Assembly (NCBI GenBank): GCA_017987115.1
Contig: JAGNUG010000004.1
Coordinates: 1,445-65,444, forward strand
Length of the DNA: 64,000 bases
Direction: 5' to 3'
Source of the DNA: Flavobacteriales bacterium
GTDB lineage: Bacteria > Bacteroidota > Bacteroidia > Flavobacteriales_F > PHOS-HE28
Shown: positions 1-9,830 of the stretch, piece after piece
Layout: every line of letters starts with the position of its first letter
How positions within the stretch are numbered: the first letter of the stretch is position 1
The notes under the pieces: model-generated
Seen by the model: the letters and a program-made list of their open reading frames with translations, nothing else
Told to the model about the DNA's origin: nothing
Database searches by the model: none
Position numbers and translations under genes: made by a program

Positions 1-581
1 TGTGCGAATTCATTTCGCGAACTCACTATTTCTTCAGCAGAAAGTTGACGGAATACCTCACCAACACCATTGTAGACCACGTCGATATGCGGTTCTGAGA
101 CACCATAGGTCGTGGCGATATCATGTCGTGAGAATTCACTCACCGTGGCCAACCGTGTTGCATGCCGCGCGAACCGTGGGAAATAACTCCTGTAGTATTG
201 GCCATAAGCTCCTGGTAGGTCTTCCGGGTAATGTTCGAAATTGATATCGTGGATCACCGCCAAGGTGGGAATCGTGCTGTGCAACGCCAAGTATCCATCC
301 GGGCTTATGAACGCATCGGCCTTCAGCTTTTTCAACTTTCGCGGTAACAGCCAATTGAACCAAATACGATAGAGCAACGGATGACGGGTAGGCGGCCACA
401 TGACAACGGGTTCGATATTCTCGCTGTATATGAACCGCTCATCGAACGCTCGATCAAAAATGAATATGAACGTATGCTCAGGATGCGCCTTCACGATCCG
501 TGACATGATCTCATGCGTGAACCAGCCAATACCCTCAAGCTTATCCGGAAGTAGAAGGCGTGTATTTATGGCGATGCGCAT
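1..581 (-). CDS. Glycosyltransferase family 4 (GT-B), 5' part only; runs off the left edge
   Basis: Manual translation from ATG at 581 (absent from the ORF track): MRIAINTRLLLPDKLEGIGWFTHE...VIHDINFEHYP...TVSEFSRHDI...VVYNGV, typical GT4 N-terminal motifs; no stop before position 1. Confidence 0.85.
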   Translation of the reverse strand, partial: MRIAINTRLLLPDKLEGIGWFTHEIMSRIVKAHPEHTFIFIFDRAFDERFIYSENIEPVVMWPPTRHPLLYRIWFNWLLPRKLKKLKADAFISPDGYLALHSTIPTLAVIHDINFEHYPEDLPGAYGQYYRSYFPRFARHATRLATVSEFSRHDIATTYGVSEPHIDVVYNGVGEVFRQLSAEEIVSSRNEFA

Positions 582-859
582 TAAATGTGGTACGAGGTAT
601 TTAGATCGATCTTTGACTTGGGTTGAAGAATTTTCTTAAGGGTATCTATTTTTGGTTCAAGGCGTTGGATCTGGCAGTTGAGCCTTCTTTGTTTTCATTC
701 CTTGTTCGGGATCATTTCTATGAACTGAGGCATTAGCATCATCGGAAAGATCAAGAGCACTTTGAATTATTCGGGTCATGTACATGGTGCTGCATAAGAA
801 CGCGGCCAAGTTAGCCGTTGCTCACCTTTCCGATCATCTTCCCATCTTCACGGCCGCTA

Positions 860-2365
860 ATGCAACGCACCTTCCTCACTAACCTCGGCCTAATTCTGGT
901 GTTGAACCTGCTGGTAAAGCCGTTCTACATTCTGGGGATCGATGCCGGGGTGCAGGAAGCTGTAGGTGCTACGGCTTATGGTGGCTACGCGGCATTGCTC
1001 AGTCTTGGCTTTTTGCTGAACATTGTTTTGGACCTGGGCATTACTAATTACAACACGCGGCATATCGCGCAGCACACCCACCTCATGGGCAAGTATTTCA
1101 GTGGGGTAGTGGGTGTCCGTTTCGTGTTAGCTGGTCTTTACGCGCTGCTGTCATTAGGTGTCGGGTTGCTTCTGGGATATTCCGGTACTCAAATGAGCAT
1201 GCTCGGATGGTTGGTCCTGAACCAGATCCTTGCGGCCACCATTCTCTATTTCCGCAGCAATATCGCTGGCGCTCAGCATTTGCGTACTGACAGTTTGCTC
1301 AGCGTAATGGATCGTTTGCTTTTGATCGGTATGGTGGGTTGGGCACTTTGGGGCAGGGTAGGTGGTTCGCCTTTCCGGATCGAATGGTTTGTTTGGGCGC
1401 AGACCGTTTCATATGGGGTCACTGCCGTTGTTGCGCTAGTGCTGGTGCTGCGCTTAAGCGGCAAGGTGCTACCGAAGTGGAACCCGACTTTTGGACGCGT
1501 TGTCCTGCGGCAGAGCTTCCCGTATGCTATGCTGATCCTGTTAATGACCTTTTACTACCGCACGGATACACTGATGTTGGAACGAATGCTTCCGGAAGGT
1601 GCTTTCGAAGCCGGAGTTTACTACCAAGGTTTCCGTTTCTTCGAAGCATTTAATATGATCGGTTACCTCTTCGCAGGACTGTTGTTGCCAATTTTCAGTC
1701 GGATGCTTTCTTCAAAGGCCGGTTCGGGTCCAGGAGGTCGCGATGGTCTGGATCCATTGGTGGGGATGGCGTTCAAACTTGTTCTAGCCGGTTCATTGGC
1801 CATTGCCGTGATCGGATCCATGCACGCAACCCAGGTAATGGAGCTGTTGTATAATTCGAATACGAACCGTGCCGGAACGGTCTTCGCGCTTTTGATATGG
1901 AGCTTTGTTGGGGTGTGTACCACCTATATTTTTGGTACGTTATTAACGGCCGGTGGGAACCTGCGGACCCTGAACTGGTTGGCTGGTATTGGTGCCGTGG
2001 TGAATATCTGCCTCAACGCTATCCTGATCCCCCGTTATCAAGCAGAAGGTGCTGCATGGGCCAGCCTTGTTACGCAGTTGGCTACGGCAGTTGCGCAGAT
2101 GATCCTTGCCACACGGATGTACAACCTTCGCATGCCGTTCCCGGTTCTAGGTCGTGCAATTGGCTATGGGCTTGCCTTGGCGGGCCTGGCATGGGTGCTT
2201 CAGTGGACCGGAACAACCTTTTTTACATCCCTCGCCTTCTTCGCTTTGGGAGCGCTCGGCCTTGCTTCTGTGACCCGAATGCTCGATCTGCGCGCGATAC
2301 GTACTTTGGTTGCTGAGAAATACGAGGCACCTGAAGGTGAACAGGTCGTGGATCGACCAGATTAG
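860..2365 (+). CDS. Wzx-like polysaccharide/oligosaccharide flippase
   Basis: About 500 aa, 12-14 hydrophobic segments, LDLGITNY motif; sits in a wzz/ligase cluster; ATG 860 preferred over TTG 818. Confidence 0.85.
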   Translation: MQRTFLTNLGLILVLNLLVKPFYILGIDAGVQEAVGATAYGGYAALLSLGFLLNIVLDLGITNYNTRHIAQHTHLMGKYFSGVVGVRFVLAGLYALLSLGVGLLLGYSGTQMSMLGWLVLNQILAATILYFRSNIAGAQHLRTDSLLSVMDRLLLIGMVGWALWGRVGGSPFRIEWFVWAQTVSYGVTAVVALVLVLRLSGKVLPKWNPTFGRVVLRQSFPYAMLILLMTFYYRTDTLMLERMLPEGAFEAGVYYQGFRFFEAFNMIGYLFAGLLLPIFSRMLSSKAGSGPGGRDGLDPLVGMAFKLVLAGSLAIAVIGSMHATQVMELLYNSNTNRAGTVFALLIWSFVGVCTTYIFGTLLTAGGNLRTLNWLAGIGAVVNICLNAILIPRYQAEGAAWASLVTQLATAVAQMILATRMYNLRMPFPVLGRAIGYGLALAGLAWVLQWTGTTFFTSLAFFALGALGLASVTRMLDLRAIRTLVAEKYEAPEGEQVVDRPD

Positions 2366-2471
2366 TTAGGTCTGAGCCAATATCTTCCATTTTATCCCGT
2401 TCCCCGGTCGATTGATCCTGAACAGGCTCTAAGGCTTACATTAGCCGACCTTTTTCAAGTAGTTCGTTCGA

Positions 2472-3491
2472 ATGTCGGAGACCCCTCAACCCAAGGAACA
2501 GAATTCCTATGATCTCGTGCTCTTGCTGTGGGCACGCCGAAAAATGATCATTGGAATAACCCTATTGTCAATTCTGTGCGGTATTGTAGCAGCTATCATG
2601 ATCACGCCGCTTTTCAAAAGCTCTGTGCTCATGTTCCCGGCGATCACGCAATCAACTTCCAAAGGATTGCTTTACGAATACTCCGGAAGCTCTGAGGATG
2701 TTCTTTCCCTTGGTGACGAAGAGGATGGCGAGCAATTGATGCAAGTGTTATCCTCCGACATGATCCGGAACACCGTCGCTGAACAATTTGACCTTTATAC
2801 TGTATACGGTATTGAATCTGACAGCAAGACACGCGAAGCTGAATTGAAGGACGCGTACTTGGATCATGTTACATTCGAATACACCAAATTCGGAAGTATT
2901 GAAGCGCAAGTTCTGGATGATGAGCCTCAACGCGCTTCGGATATGGCAAATTTCATTGCTGACCAAGTGGATACGGTATGGTCGGATATGGTAGCTGAAA
3001 GAGCGGTGATCGGGTATGACATTGTAACGAATAATGTCCGCGAACTGGAAGAAAGCATTGCACAGCTTGAAGATAGTATGAAAGTGTTGCGCCTACTTGG
3101 GGTCCACGATTACCGTACACAATCTGAACGTTACAACGAATACATGGGCGCTGCCATCCTGAAAGGCGATAAGCGTGCAGTGCGTGAATTGGAGGAACGA
3201 TTCAATGTGCTTGCACTTTACGGTGGCGCATACGTTACACTTCAGGATCTGATCCGCGAGGAGACGATCGAACTTGGTGTTCTGCACATGAAACTGAGGC
3301 ATGCTGAAGCAGACCTGAAGAGCACGCTGCCGCATAAATTCATTGTCGATCGCGCTGTTCCAGCTGATAAGAAGAGCTATCCGATCCGGTGGTTGGTGGT
3401 CGCCATGAGTGCCATTGCCGGTCTGGTATTGGCGTTGCTGTTGATCGTTGTTCAGGTTAATATTCAAAAGATCCGCGAGGCCAATGGGTGA
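2472..3491 (+). CDS. Wzz-like chain-length determinant / polysaccharide co-polymerase
   Basis: N-terminal TM, coiled-coil periplasmic region, C-terminal A-x-P-x-x-K-S-x-P-x-R motif followed by a TM. Confidence 0.8.
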   Translation: MSETPQPKEQNSYDLVLLLWARRKMIIGITLLSILCGIVAAIMITPLFKSSVLMFPAITQSTSKGLLYEYSGSSEDVLSLGDEEDGEQLMQVLSSDMIRNTVAEQFDLYTVYGIESDSKTREAELKDAYLDHVTFEYTKFGSIEAQVLDDEPQRASDMANFIADQVDTVWSDMVAERAVIGYDIVTNNVRELEESIAQLEDSMKVLRLLGVHDYRTQSERYNEYMGAAILKGDKRAVRELEERFNVLALYGGAYVTLQDLIREETIELGVLHMKLRHAEADLKSTLPHKFIVDRAVPADKKSYPIRWLVVAMSAIAGLVLALLLIVVQVNIQKIREANG

Positions 3492-4449
3492 TAAAGACCT
3501 CTCCTTTCAGTGGTTCATTGGGATCGTACGTTCCAACTGGCGGACGTTCGCTATTGTTGGCGCAGCTGCTGCAGCATGTGCATATGTCTTCAGCGGCCCG
3601 ACCTTCATTCCTCCGAAATTCCTTTCCAAAGCCACCGTTTATCCGGTGAACCTGAACAGTTATAGCCAGGAAACCCGCACCGATCAATTACTACAGTTGT
3701 TGGAGAGCAATATTATTCGTGATAGTCTTATCGTGCGCTTCGACCTCGCGAAGTCCTATGAGGTGGATACAGCGCTGAATGGTGGATACTTCGCTTTGTA
3801 CAACGAGTTCAATGATCGTGTGGAGATCAGTAAGACGCGCTACGAATCCGTAATGATCGAGGTGTTGGATGAGGATCCGAAAGTAGCGCGTGATATGGTG
3901 CTGGAAATGTTGAGCCAAACCAACCTATTGGCGCGCAGATTGCAACGCGAAAAATCCAAGGAGGTGGAACGCATGGCGCTTAGAGCAATGAAGAACGAAC
4001 GCCACAAGTTGGATTCCATTGAGGCGCGATTGGATGTTCTAAGACAGGGGAATGGGCTCTTGGCATATGAGGTGCAAGCGAAGGAAGTGACCAAAGGATA
4101 CGTAAAGCTTCTTTCATCACCAGGAGCCAGTTCAGCACAAAAACAGCAGTTGGAAGCACTGATGAAAGAGCTCGAAGAGAAAGGTGGGGAATTCCGCTAC
4201 TTGAGCGGGCTGAGCGATATGTTCCGTCAGAATTATAACCGGTTGCTCACGGAATACGAGGTTGCTGTAAATGATGTTACCAAAGAGCTGACCTATACCA
4301 ATGTGGTGACCTACCCTGAAGTGAGTGACAAGAAGGTCTATCCGATCCGTTGGTTGATCCTGTTGATCACGGTGGTGGCAGCGGAGCTGCTGTGCTTCGC
4401 TTTGTTCATGATCAAGGAACGAAGCAAAGGGAACGGTGATCCTGAATAG
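3484..4449 (+). CDS. Second Wzz-like polysaccharide co-polymerase
   Basis: Same two-TM plus coiled-coil architecture, PEVSDKKVYPIRW before the C-terminal TM; start overlaps the upstream stop. Confidence 0.8.
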   Translation: MGDKDLSFQWFIGIVRSNWRTFAIVGAAAAACAYVFSGPTFIPPKFLSKATVYPVNLNSYSQETRTDQLLQLLESNIIRDSLIVRFDLAKSYEVDTALNGGYFALYNEFNDRVEISKTRYESVMIEVLDEDPKVARDMVLEMLSQTNLLARRLQREKSKEVERMALRAMKNERHKLDSIEARLDVLRQGNGLLAYEVQAKEVTKGYVKLLSSPGASSAQKQQLEALMKELEEKGGEFRYLSGLSDMFRQNYNRLLTEYEVAVNDVTKELTYTNVVTYPEVSDKKVYPIRWLILLITVVAAELLCFALFMIKERSKGNGDPE

Positions 4450-4452
4450 AAA

Positions 4453-5883
4453 ATGGTACAAGCGCTGAAAGCACATTGGATCGCCTTCGTATGCGTAGTT
4501 TTCGTGCTGGTCAATGCCGTGCTTATAGCGAGGGAGATCTATTGGTTCAGTGCGCTTCCAGCCGTGTTGTTGGTGGTCTGGGCCATGTTCACGTCCGTGA
4601 ATTCGTTGGTCCTGTTCATCGCTTTCGCAACACCGCTTTCCATCAATCTGGAAGAGATGGACCTTGGTGGTCTTGGTATTGCATTGCCCACTGAGCCGCT
4701 GCTGGTGGGGCTTATGTTGCTGATGATCCTGAAGATCTCCGTTGAACGGAATGTGATCAGTGGTAAGGTGCTCCGGCATCCGATCACCTGGGTGATCGTG
4801 CTTCAATTAGCATGGATGTTCATTTGCATTCTGCCAAGCAGTATGCCGCTGGTTTCGTTCAAGTACTTCACAGCGCGCCTTTGGTTCGTGGTCACCATGT
4901 TCTTTTTGGCCACACGCGTGTTCGAGGATGAGCGGAACATGCAGCGGTTCATTTGGGCTTACATCAGTGGTCTCTGTATTGTGATCATCTATACCTTGAT
5001 CAAGCATGCGCAATTCTCCTTCGCACATGATCCTGCGCATTGGGTGATGGAACCCTTCTTCAAGGACCATACGAGCTATGGGGCCATTATTGCGTTCTTC
5101 CTGCCTTTCGGGATCACGGCGCTTTGGCTTCCGAAGCGATCATTCGCCTGGAAGGGCTTTACGTTGCTGCTCTTGGTATTGTTAACTACGGGGTTGATCT
5201 TCTCGTATACGCGCGCTGCTTGGGTGAGCCTTGTGGGTGCGCTCGGCGTATTCATTTTCATGAAGTTGCGGATCCCACTTTGGTCCGTTGCTGTGGTCCT
5301 GATCATTGGTGGCGGGCTCTATTATGCGAACGAGGAACAGATAACGCTGGCCTTGGCGAGCAACACCGAGGAGTCATCGGATGATCTTGGCGAACATGTG
5401 CAGTCCATCTCCAATATCTCCAGTGATGCGTCGAATCTGGAGCGGATCAATCGTTGGAATTCCGCATTTCGGATGTTCGAGGAGAAGCCCTTGTTCGGCT
5501 GGGGACCGGGCACCTATATGTTCCAGTATGCACCGTTCCAAGCTTCTGAGGATCGCACGATCATCTCTACTAATTTCGGGGTTCAAGGCAATGCCCATAG
5601 TGAGTATTTGGGCCCACTTTCAGAACAAGGCGTGCTTGGGTTCCTGTTGATGGCGGCGCTGGTGTTGGTAACCCTGATCACGGCGGTGCACTTGCATTAT
5701 CGTATGCCACCGGGTGTTGATCGTGCCATCCTCATGGCCTTGATACTAGGACTTGTCACGTACTATCTCCACGGCGGGTTGAACAACTTCCTGGATACCG
5801 ATAAAGCTTCGGTTCCATTCTGGGCATTCACTGCAATGATCGTACTCTTGGATCTGAAGTATCCGAAGGTGAACAGGGCGTGA
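4453..5883 (+). CDS. O-antigen ligase / Wzy_C family membrane protein
   Basis: Multi-TM; SYTRAAW, R-x-x-R-W, PLFGWGPG and AHSEYL-x-x-L-x-E-x-G motifs. Confidence 0.85.
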   Translation: MVQALKAHWIAFVCVVFVLVNAVLIAREIYWFSALPAVLLVVWAMFTSVNSLVLFIAFATPLSINLEEMDLGGLGIALPTEPLLVGLMLLMILKISVERNVISGKVLRHPITWVIVLQLAWMFICILPSSMPLVSFKYFTARLWFVVTMFFLATRVFEDERNMQRFIWAYISGLCIVIIYTLIKHAQFSFAHDPAHWVMEPFFKDHTSYGAIIAFFLPFGITALWLPKRSFAWKGFTLLLLVLLTTGLIFSYTRAAWVSLVGALGVFIFMKLRIPLWSVAVVLIIGGGLYYANEEQITLALASNTEESSDDLGEHVQSISNISSDASNLERINRWNSAFRMFEEKPLFGWGPGTYMFQYAPFQASEDRTIISTNFGVQGNAHSEYLGPLSEQGVLGFLLMAALVLVTLITAVHLHYRMPPGVDRAILMALILGLVTYYLHGGLNNFLDTDKASVPFWAFTAMIVLLDLKYPKVNRA

Positions 5884-5937
5884 TCTGGTGCCAAAGTGTT
5901 GAGGCTGATCCATGCCTTCTTGCTGTTCGTCGAGTGA

Positions 5938-7164
5938 TCAATAGATCCGACACGTAAGCAAGGCGATATCGTCCAAATAGGGCTGTGTGCTCCGGTGCGT
6001 CTCGAATGCGTTGATCAGTGCTTTGTTGAGGAATTCCGGTCCATTGGCGCCAAGCTCCACCATCATGCGTTCCACCACATTGGTCTCGAATGCGTTGCCA
6101 TGGTTATCCTCTTGTTCCACTAATCCATCCGTGTAGCACAATAGGGTCGTGGGTTTAGGGAACTCTGCTTTACCCACTTTGAGAAAAGGCAATTCAGGCA
6201 TCATGCCCAATGCTATGCTCCCATCCTGTAGTGTGCGGATTCCGTCCGGATCGCAGACCAACGGTGCATTATGACCAGCATTCACGTAGTTGATCTGCCG
6301 CGTTCTTAAGTTGATATGCCCAATGAACAACGTAATGAAACGCTCCCCGCGCGCACTTGTGAAGACCTTTTCGTTCAGGTCCATTACCACAGCGGTAAGG
6401 TCGTTACCATGACGAACACTGGCATGCAGGTTCGCTTGAAAATTGCTCATCAGCAGAGCTGCCGCTATTCCTTTGCCACTTACATCCGCTACTGCAACAA
6501 CGACCTCATCCTCGTTCAACGTGATCAGGTCGTAATAATCTCCACCTACTTCGCTGTGCGGCTGGTACCAGCCAGCTGCCTTGATGCGATCGTTATTGGG
6601 CAGATCACGTGGCACCAGCATGTTCTGCATTTCCGCAGCTAGTTCCAGTTCCCGTTTTGCGAGCGCCTGTTTCAAGGCCTGTTTCGCTAAGCGCTGATTT
6701 TCCATGGCCACTACGATCAAATTGGTCATGGTCTGAATGAAGTTCAGGTGCTTCACTGCAGGGCTCATCCGCTGTTCTTCCTCGTCGATATCGCCGATAA
6801 GCAGCAACGCCAGTGGTCTATCCTGATGATGCACCGGTATTGCGATATCGAAGGAACCTAAACTGATCGCGTGCTCAGCACCGATAACCTGAATGTCATT
6901 GTTCTCGCCGAATAAGGCCATAACATCAATGTCCGGGTTTCCAGTATCAGTTCCATAAGCCAATATGCGGCTCCACCCGCGCTCCGTGGATTCGAACAAC
7001 ATCAATCGTGTGATCCCAAGTTCTTCGCGCAGTGAGTGTTCGAAAAGCTTCAACAAGTCCTCCCGGCCCGTGTTGTTGTTGATCGCTTTGGTAACATCCA
7101 GTAGCGCGCGAAGCTGGAACTCCTTAAGATCCAATCGTTCTATGATCCTGTCCAGACGTGCCAT
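5938..7164 (-). CDS. PP2C/SpoIIE (RsbU-like) Ser/Thr phosphatase with N-terminal GAF-like region
   Basis: EVGGDYYD, VADVSGKG, NAGH, YTDGL, DDIAL motifs. Confidence 0.9.
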   Translation of the reverse strand: MARLDRIIERLDLKEFQLRALLDVTKAINNNTGREDLLKLFEHSLREELGITRLMLFESTERGWSRILAYGTDTGNPDIDVMALFGENNDIQVIGAEHAISLGSFDIAIPVHHQDRPLALLLIGDIDEEEQRMSPAVKHLNFIQTMTNLIVVAMENQRLAKQALKQALAKRELELAAEMQNMLVPRDLPNNDRIKAAGWYQPHSEVGGDYYDLITLNEDEVVVAVADVSGKGIAAALLMSNFQANLHASVRHGNDLTAVVMDLNEKVFTSARGERFITLFIGHINLRTRQINYVNAGHNAPLVCDPDGIRTLQDGSIALGMMPELPFLKVGKAEFPKPTTLLCYTDGLVEQEDNHGNAFETNVVERMMVELGANGPEFLNKALINAFETHRSTQPYLDDIALLTCRIY

Positions 7165-7165
7165 A

Positions 7166-8092
7166 TCAGCCTTCCATCTTTTTAAAGAGGTCCGGCAACT
7201 TGGCGATCAAGGCGATCTCGCGCATTTTCTGCCGCCATTCACCCGCAGGACTTCCCAAATAGGTCTTGCCTCCTTCAACGGAATTCATGATGGCACTTTG
7301 GCCCAATAGCGTTGCGCCTTTACCGATGCGAAGTTTACTCGGAACACCTACCTGGCCCCAGAGCGTTACATCATCTTCGATCACCACCGCACCGCTGACA
7401 CCAACGTGCGAACAGATCAGACAGTTGCTTCCAATGAGCGTGTCATGGCCAATTTGTACATGGTTGTCCAACTTGGTTCCGCGCCCGATCCGGGTTTCCG
7501 CACTGATCCCGCGGTCTATGGTGCACAATGCCCCGATCTCAACATCATCCTCTATCACCACACTTCCCCCAGGTACCATCTTTTCATAGCCACTGATGCG
7601 TTTCTTGTAATAGAACGGGTCGCCGCCGATCACTGAATTCGCGTGGATGGTAACGTTGTTGCCGATGGTGGTATTCTCGTAGATCACTACACCGGGCATG
7701 ATCAAACATCCGATACCTATGCGCACATTGGCGCCCATGGAGACCGAAGGATGTATCTCACTGCCAGCGCCGATCTTTTCCGCATGTTCCGGCCATCCTT
7801 TGATCGGGTTGAAATAGCGGACAAGCTTGTTGTAATCCCTGCACGGGTCATCACTGATGATGATCGCTTTGCCATTAGGTATCACAACGTCAGCTTTGTC
7901 CAACAAGATGGTCGTAGCCGCACTGTTAAGCGCTTTTTCGTAGTACTTGGGGTGGTCTACATACGCCAGATCTCCGGCTCGAACGCGGTTGATCTCATTG
8001 ATCCCCGTAACAGCGAGATCGGCATTCCCTTTCACTTCCGCGCCAAGCAGGTGAGCCAGGTCTTTTGCGGTACTTGATGGTGTTAGGTCCAC
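7166..8092 (-). CDS. LpxD-like hexapeptide-repeat acyltransferase (second lpxD paralogue)
   Basis: LpxD N-terminal domain, hexapeptide repeats, KLDNHVQIGHD; GTG start. Confidence 0.85.
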   Translation of the reverse strand: MDLTPSSTAKDLAHLLGAEVKGNADLAVTGINEINRVRAGDLAYVDHPKYYEKALNSAATTILLDKADVVIPNGKAIIISDDPCRDYNKLVRYFNPIKGWPEHAEKIGAGSEIHPSVSMGANVRIGIGCLIMPGVVIYENTTIGNNVTIHANSVIGGDPFYYKKRISGYEKMVPGGSVVIEDDVEIGALCTIDRGISAETRIGRGTKLDNHVQIGHDTLIGSNCLICSHVGVSGAVVIEDDVTLWGQVGVPSKLRIGKGATLLGQSAIMNSVEGGKTYLGSPAGEWRQKMREIALIAKLPDLFKKMEG

Positions 8093-8114
8093 GTTCGTAG
8101 TGTTGTGTTCCGCA

Positions 8115-8122
8115 CAAATGTA
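8115..8122 (-). promoter_or_regulatory. Bacteroidota sigma-70 -7 element (TACATTTG)
   Basis: Exact TAnnTTTG match about 22 nt upstream of the GTG of the lpxD-like gene. Confidence 0.6.
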
Positions 8123-8243
8123 ACTGCCCCCGTATATCGCAGCTTCACGGTTTCTGATGGATGATCAACACTGGGAGAGAATAAATCATGGAGGTTCATT
8201 ACTTGAATGAATTATTGATCGTCGGTGTGCGCTGACCGGGACC

Positions 8244-8274
8244 AAACAAAAGCCCCACCGGAAAGGCAGGGCTT
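8244..8274 (-). terminator. Rho-independent terminator after efp
   Basis: AAGCCCTGCC-TTTCC-GGTGGGGCTT stem-loop followed by TTGTTT on the minus strand, 20 nt after the efp stop. Confidence 0.75.
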
Positions 8275-8294
8275 CCATTGAAATGGTGTTGGAT

Positions 8295-8858
8295 CTATTT
8301 CTTCACTCTATCCATATATGCTCCGGTCTCGGTATCCACACGAACGATGGTTCCGATCTCCACGAAACTGGGGACGCTGATCTCCGCACCGCCATCCAAT
8401 GTGGCGGACTTCATCACTTTATTGCTGGTATCACCTTTTACAACGTTCTCCGTGTAGGTCACTTCCAATTCTACGGTTTTCGGAGGAGTGGCAAAAATGG
8501 CAATGTCGCTCTCGAAGCCGACCTGTACGACCATCTCTTCCTTCATGAAGCGGAACCCATCACCGAACAACGCTACTGGAATATGCTTCTGCTCGTAGGA
8601 GGTCTGGTCCATGCACACCAAATTATCTCCTTCGCGGTACAGGTATTGCAATTCGTGTATCTCTACACGCAATATATCGATCACCTCTCCACTGCGCCAG
8701 CGGTGCTCGTTCAGCTTACCGGTACGCAGGTTGCGCATCTTGCCTTGGTAGAATGCACGCAGGTTGCCGGGTGTGCGGTGCTGCCACTCCATCATCTGGC
8801 AAATGTCATTGTTGAAACGGAGGTAGGTGCCGATGCTTATGTCTGAGGAAGTGGCCAT
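8295..8858 (-). CDS. efp: Translation elongation factor P
   Basis: 187 aa; HRTPGNLRAF loop, QYLY, KGDT, VRVDT and GAYMDR motifs. Confidence 0.95.
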   Translation of the reverse strand: MATSSDISIGTYLRFNNDICQMMEWQHRTPGNLRAFYQGKMRNLRTGKLNEHRWRSGEVIDILRVEIHELQYLYREGDNLVCMDQTSYEQKHIPVALFGDGFRFMKEEMVVQVGFESDIAIFATPPKTVELEVTYTENVVKGDTSNKVMKSATLDGGAEISVPSFVEIGTIVRVDTETGAYMDRVKK

Positions 8859-9023
8859 AGGTTTTACTTGCTTTGTGTGAGGGCTGCGAATTTAGGGTTT
8901 TCATCAGATCCCGATCAAATTGATCTCGGCGTCATATGAATACAGAACCGTGATGAGTGAAAACTTAGCGCGCGTTTCACGCCATTCAATTGGTATTTCG
9001 GCACTATTGTTGTTAAATTCGCG

Positions 9024-9764
9024 ATGATGTCGATCAAAAATTTACTTCCATTCTCGCTGTTCTTTTCAATTTTCGTTACGCAACTCTGCGCACAGGACCA
9101 TGTTTATGATGATCTCCTGATCCTTTATGTGGATGAGGATTATGAGAAGTGTTTGGATAAGAGTGAACGGTATACCGATAAGGATAAAACGAGGCGCGAT
9201 CCGCTCCCATACTTGTATCTGAGCATGTGCAATTTCGAAATGAGCAAAATGGAGAAATACGTGACCGATCCTGATTTCAAACGTGTGGCAAGTAATGCAT
9301 TGAAGAATGCTGAGAAATTCCGAAAAAAAGACAAGGAGATGGAATTCTTTGCCAACTATGAGGATTATTGGAGCGAATTGAATACCGTGGCGATGGAAAC
9401 TGGCTTCAATTATATGGAACTCGATGAATTAAGCAAAGCAAAGCGACAATTCGATCGCATGGCCGGATATTATCCGGAGAATGCAGGAGCTTGGTTGATG
9501 CTGGCTTTGTCACAGTACCGCGCTAAACTTGTGCGTGATGGGGATGAAAGCATGGAGGCCTTCCAAAAAGCCTATGATGCCATTACCGATCTCGACCGTT
9601 TACCGAAAGACCAGCAACGGCTGCTTCGCGAAGGGATCATACGTTACGCGGAATTCAAGAAAGAAGCCGGCGGCATTGAAGAAGCGCGCCGGATCATGGA
9701 GCTCGGAAAGGATCAGTTCACCGAAAACCTGGAGTTCAAAGGGCTGTATGATGTGTTGAATTGA
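9024..9764 (+). CDS. Secreted helical (TPR-like) hypothetical protein
   Basis: Signal-peptide-like N-terminus; helical-repeat pattern (YPENAGAWLMLALSQY). Confidence 0.6.
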   Translation: MMSIKNLLPFSLFFSIFVTQLCAQDHVYDDLLILYVDEDYEKCLDKSERYTDKDKTRRDPLPYLYLSMCNFEMSKMEKYVTDPDFKRVASNALKNAEKFRKKDKEMEFFANYEDYWSELNTVAMETGFNYMELDELSKAKRQFDRMAGYYPENAGAWLMLALSQYRAKLVRDGDESMEAFQKAYDAITDLDRLPKDQQRLLREGIIRYAEFKKEAGGIEEARRIMELGKDQFTENLEFKGLYDVLN

Positions 9765-9830
9765 ACACGGTTCATACAACCCTCGATCTTTCATGAATAA
9801 TACAATCCTAGAAGGTTTTATTGAAGGCTT

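Noticed and set aside
582-859. Small ORFs between the GT4 and wzx genes
   Set aside because: Short, with no motifs; the region is best explained as a divergent promoter interval.
4132-4806. Long antisense or alternate-frame ORFs in the track (e.g. 4132-4806, 8283-8846, 10451-11206, 17925-18662, 38746-39546)
   Set aside because: They lie opposite or within well-supported genes, lack recognisable motifs, and look like the shadow ORFs expected from codon bias.
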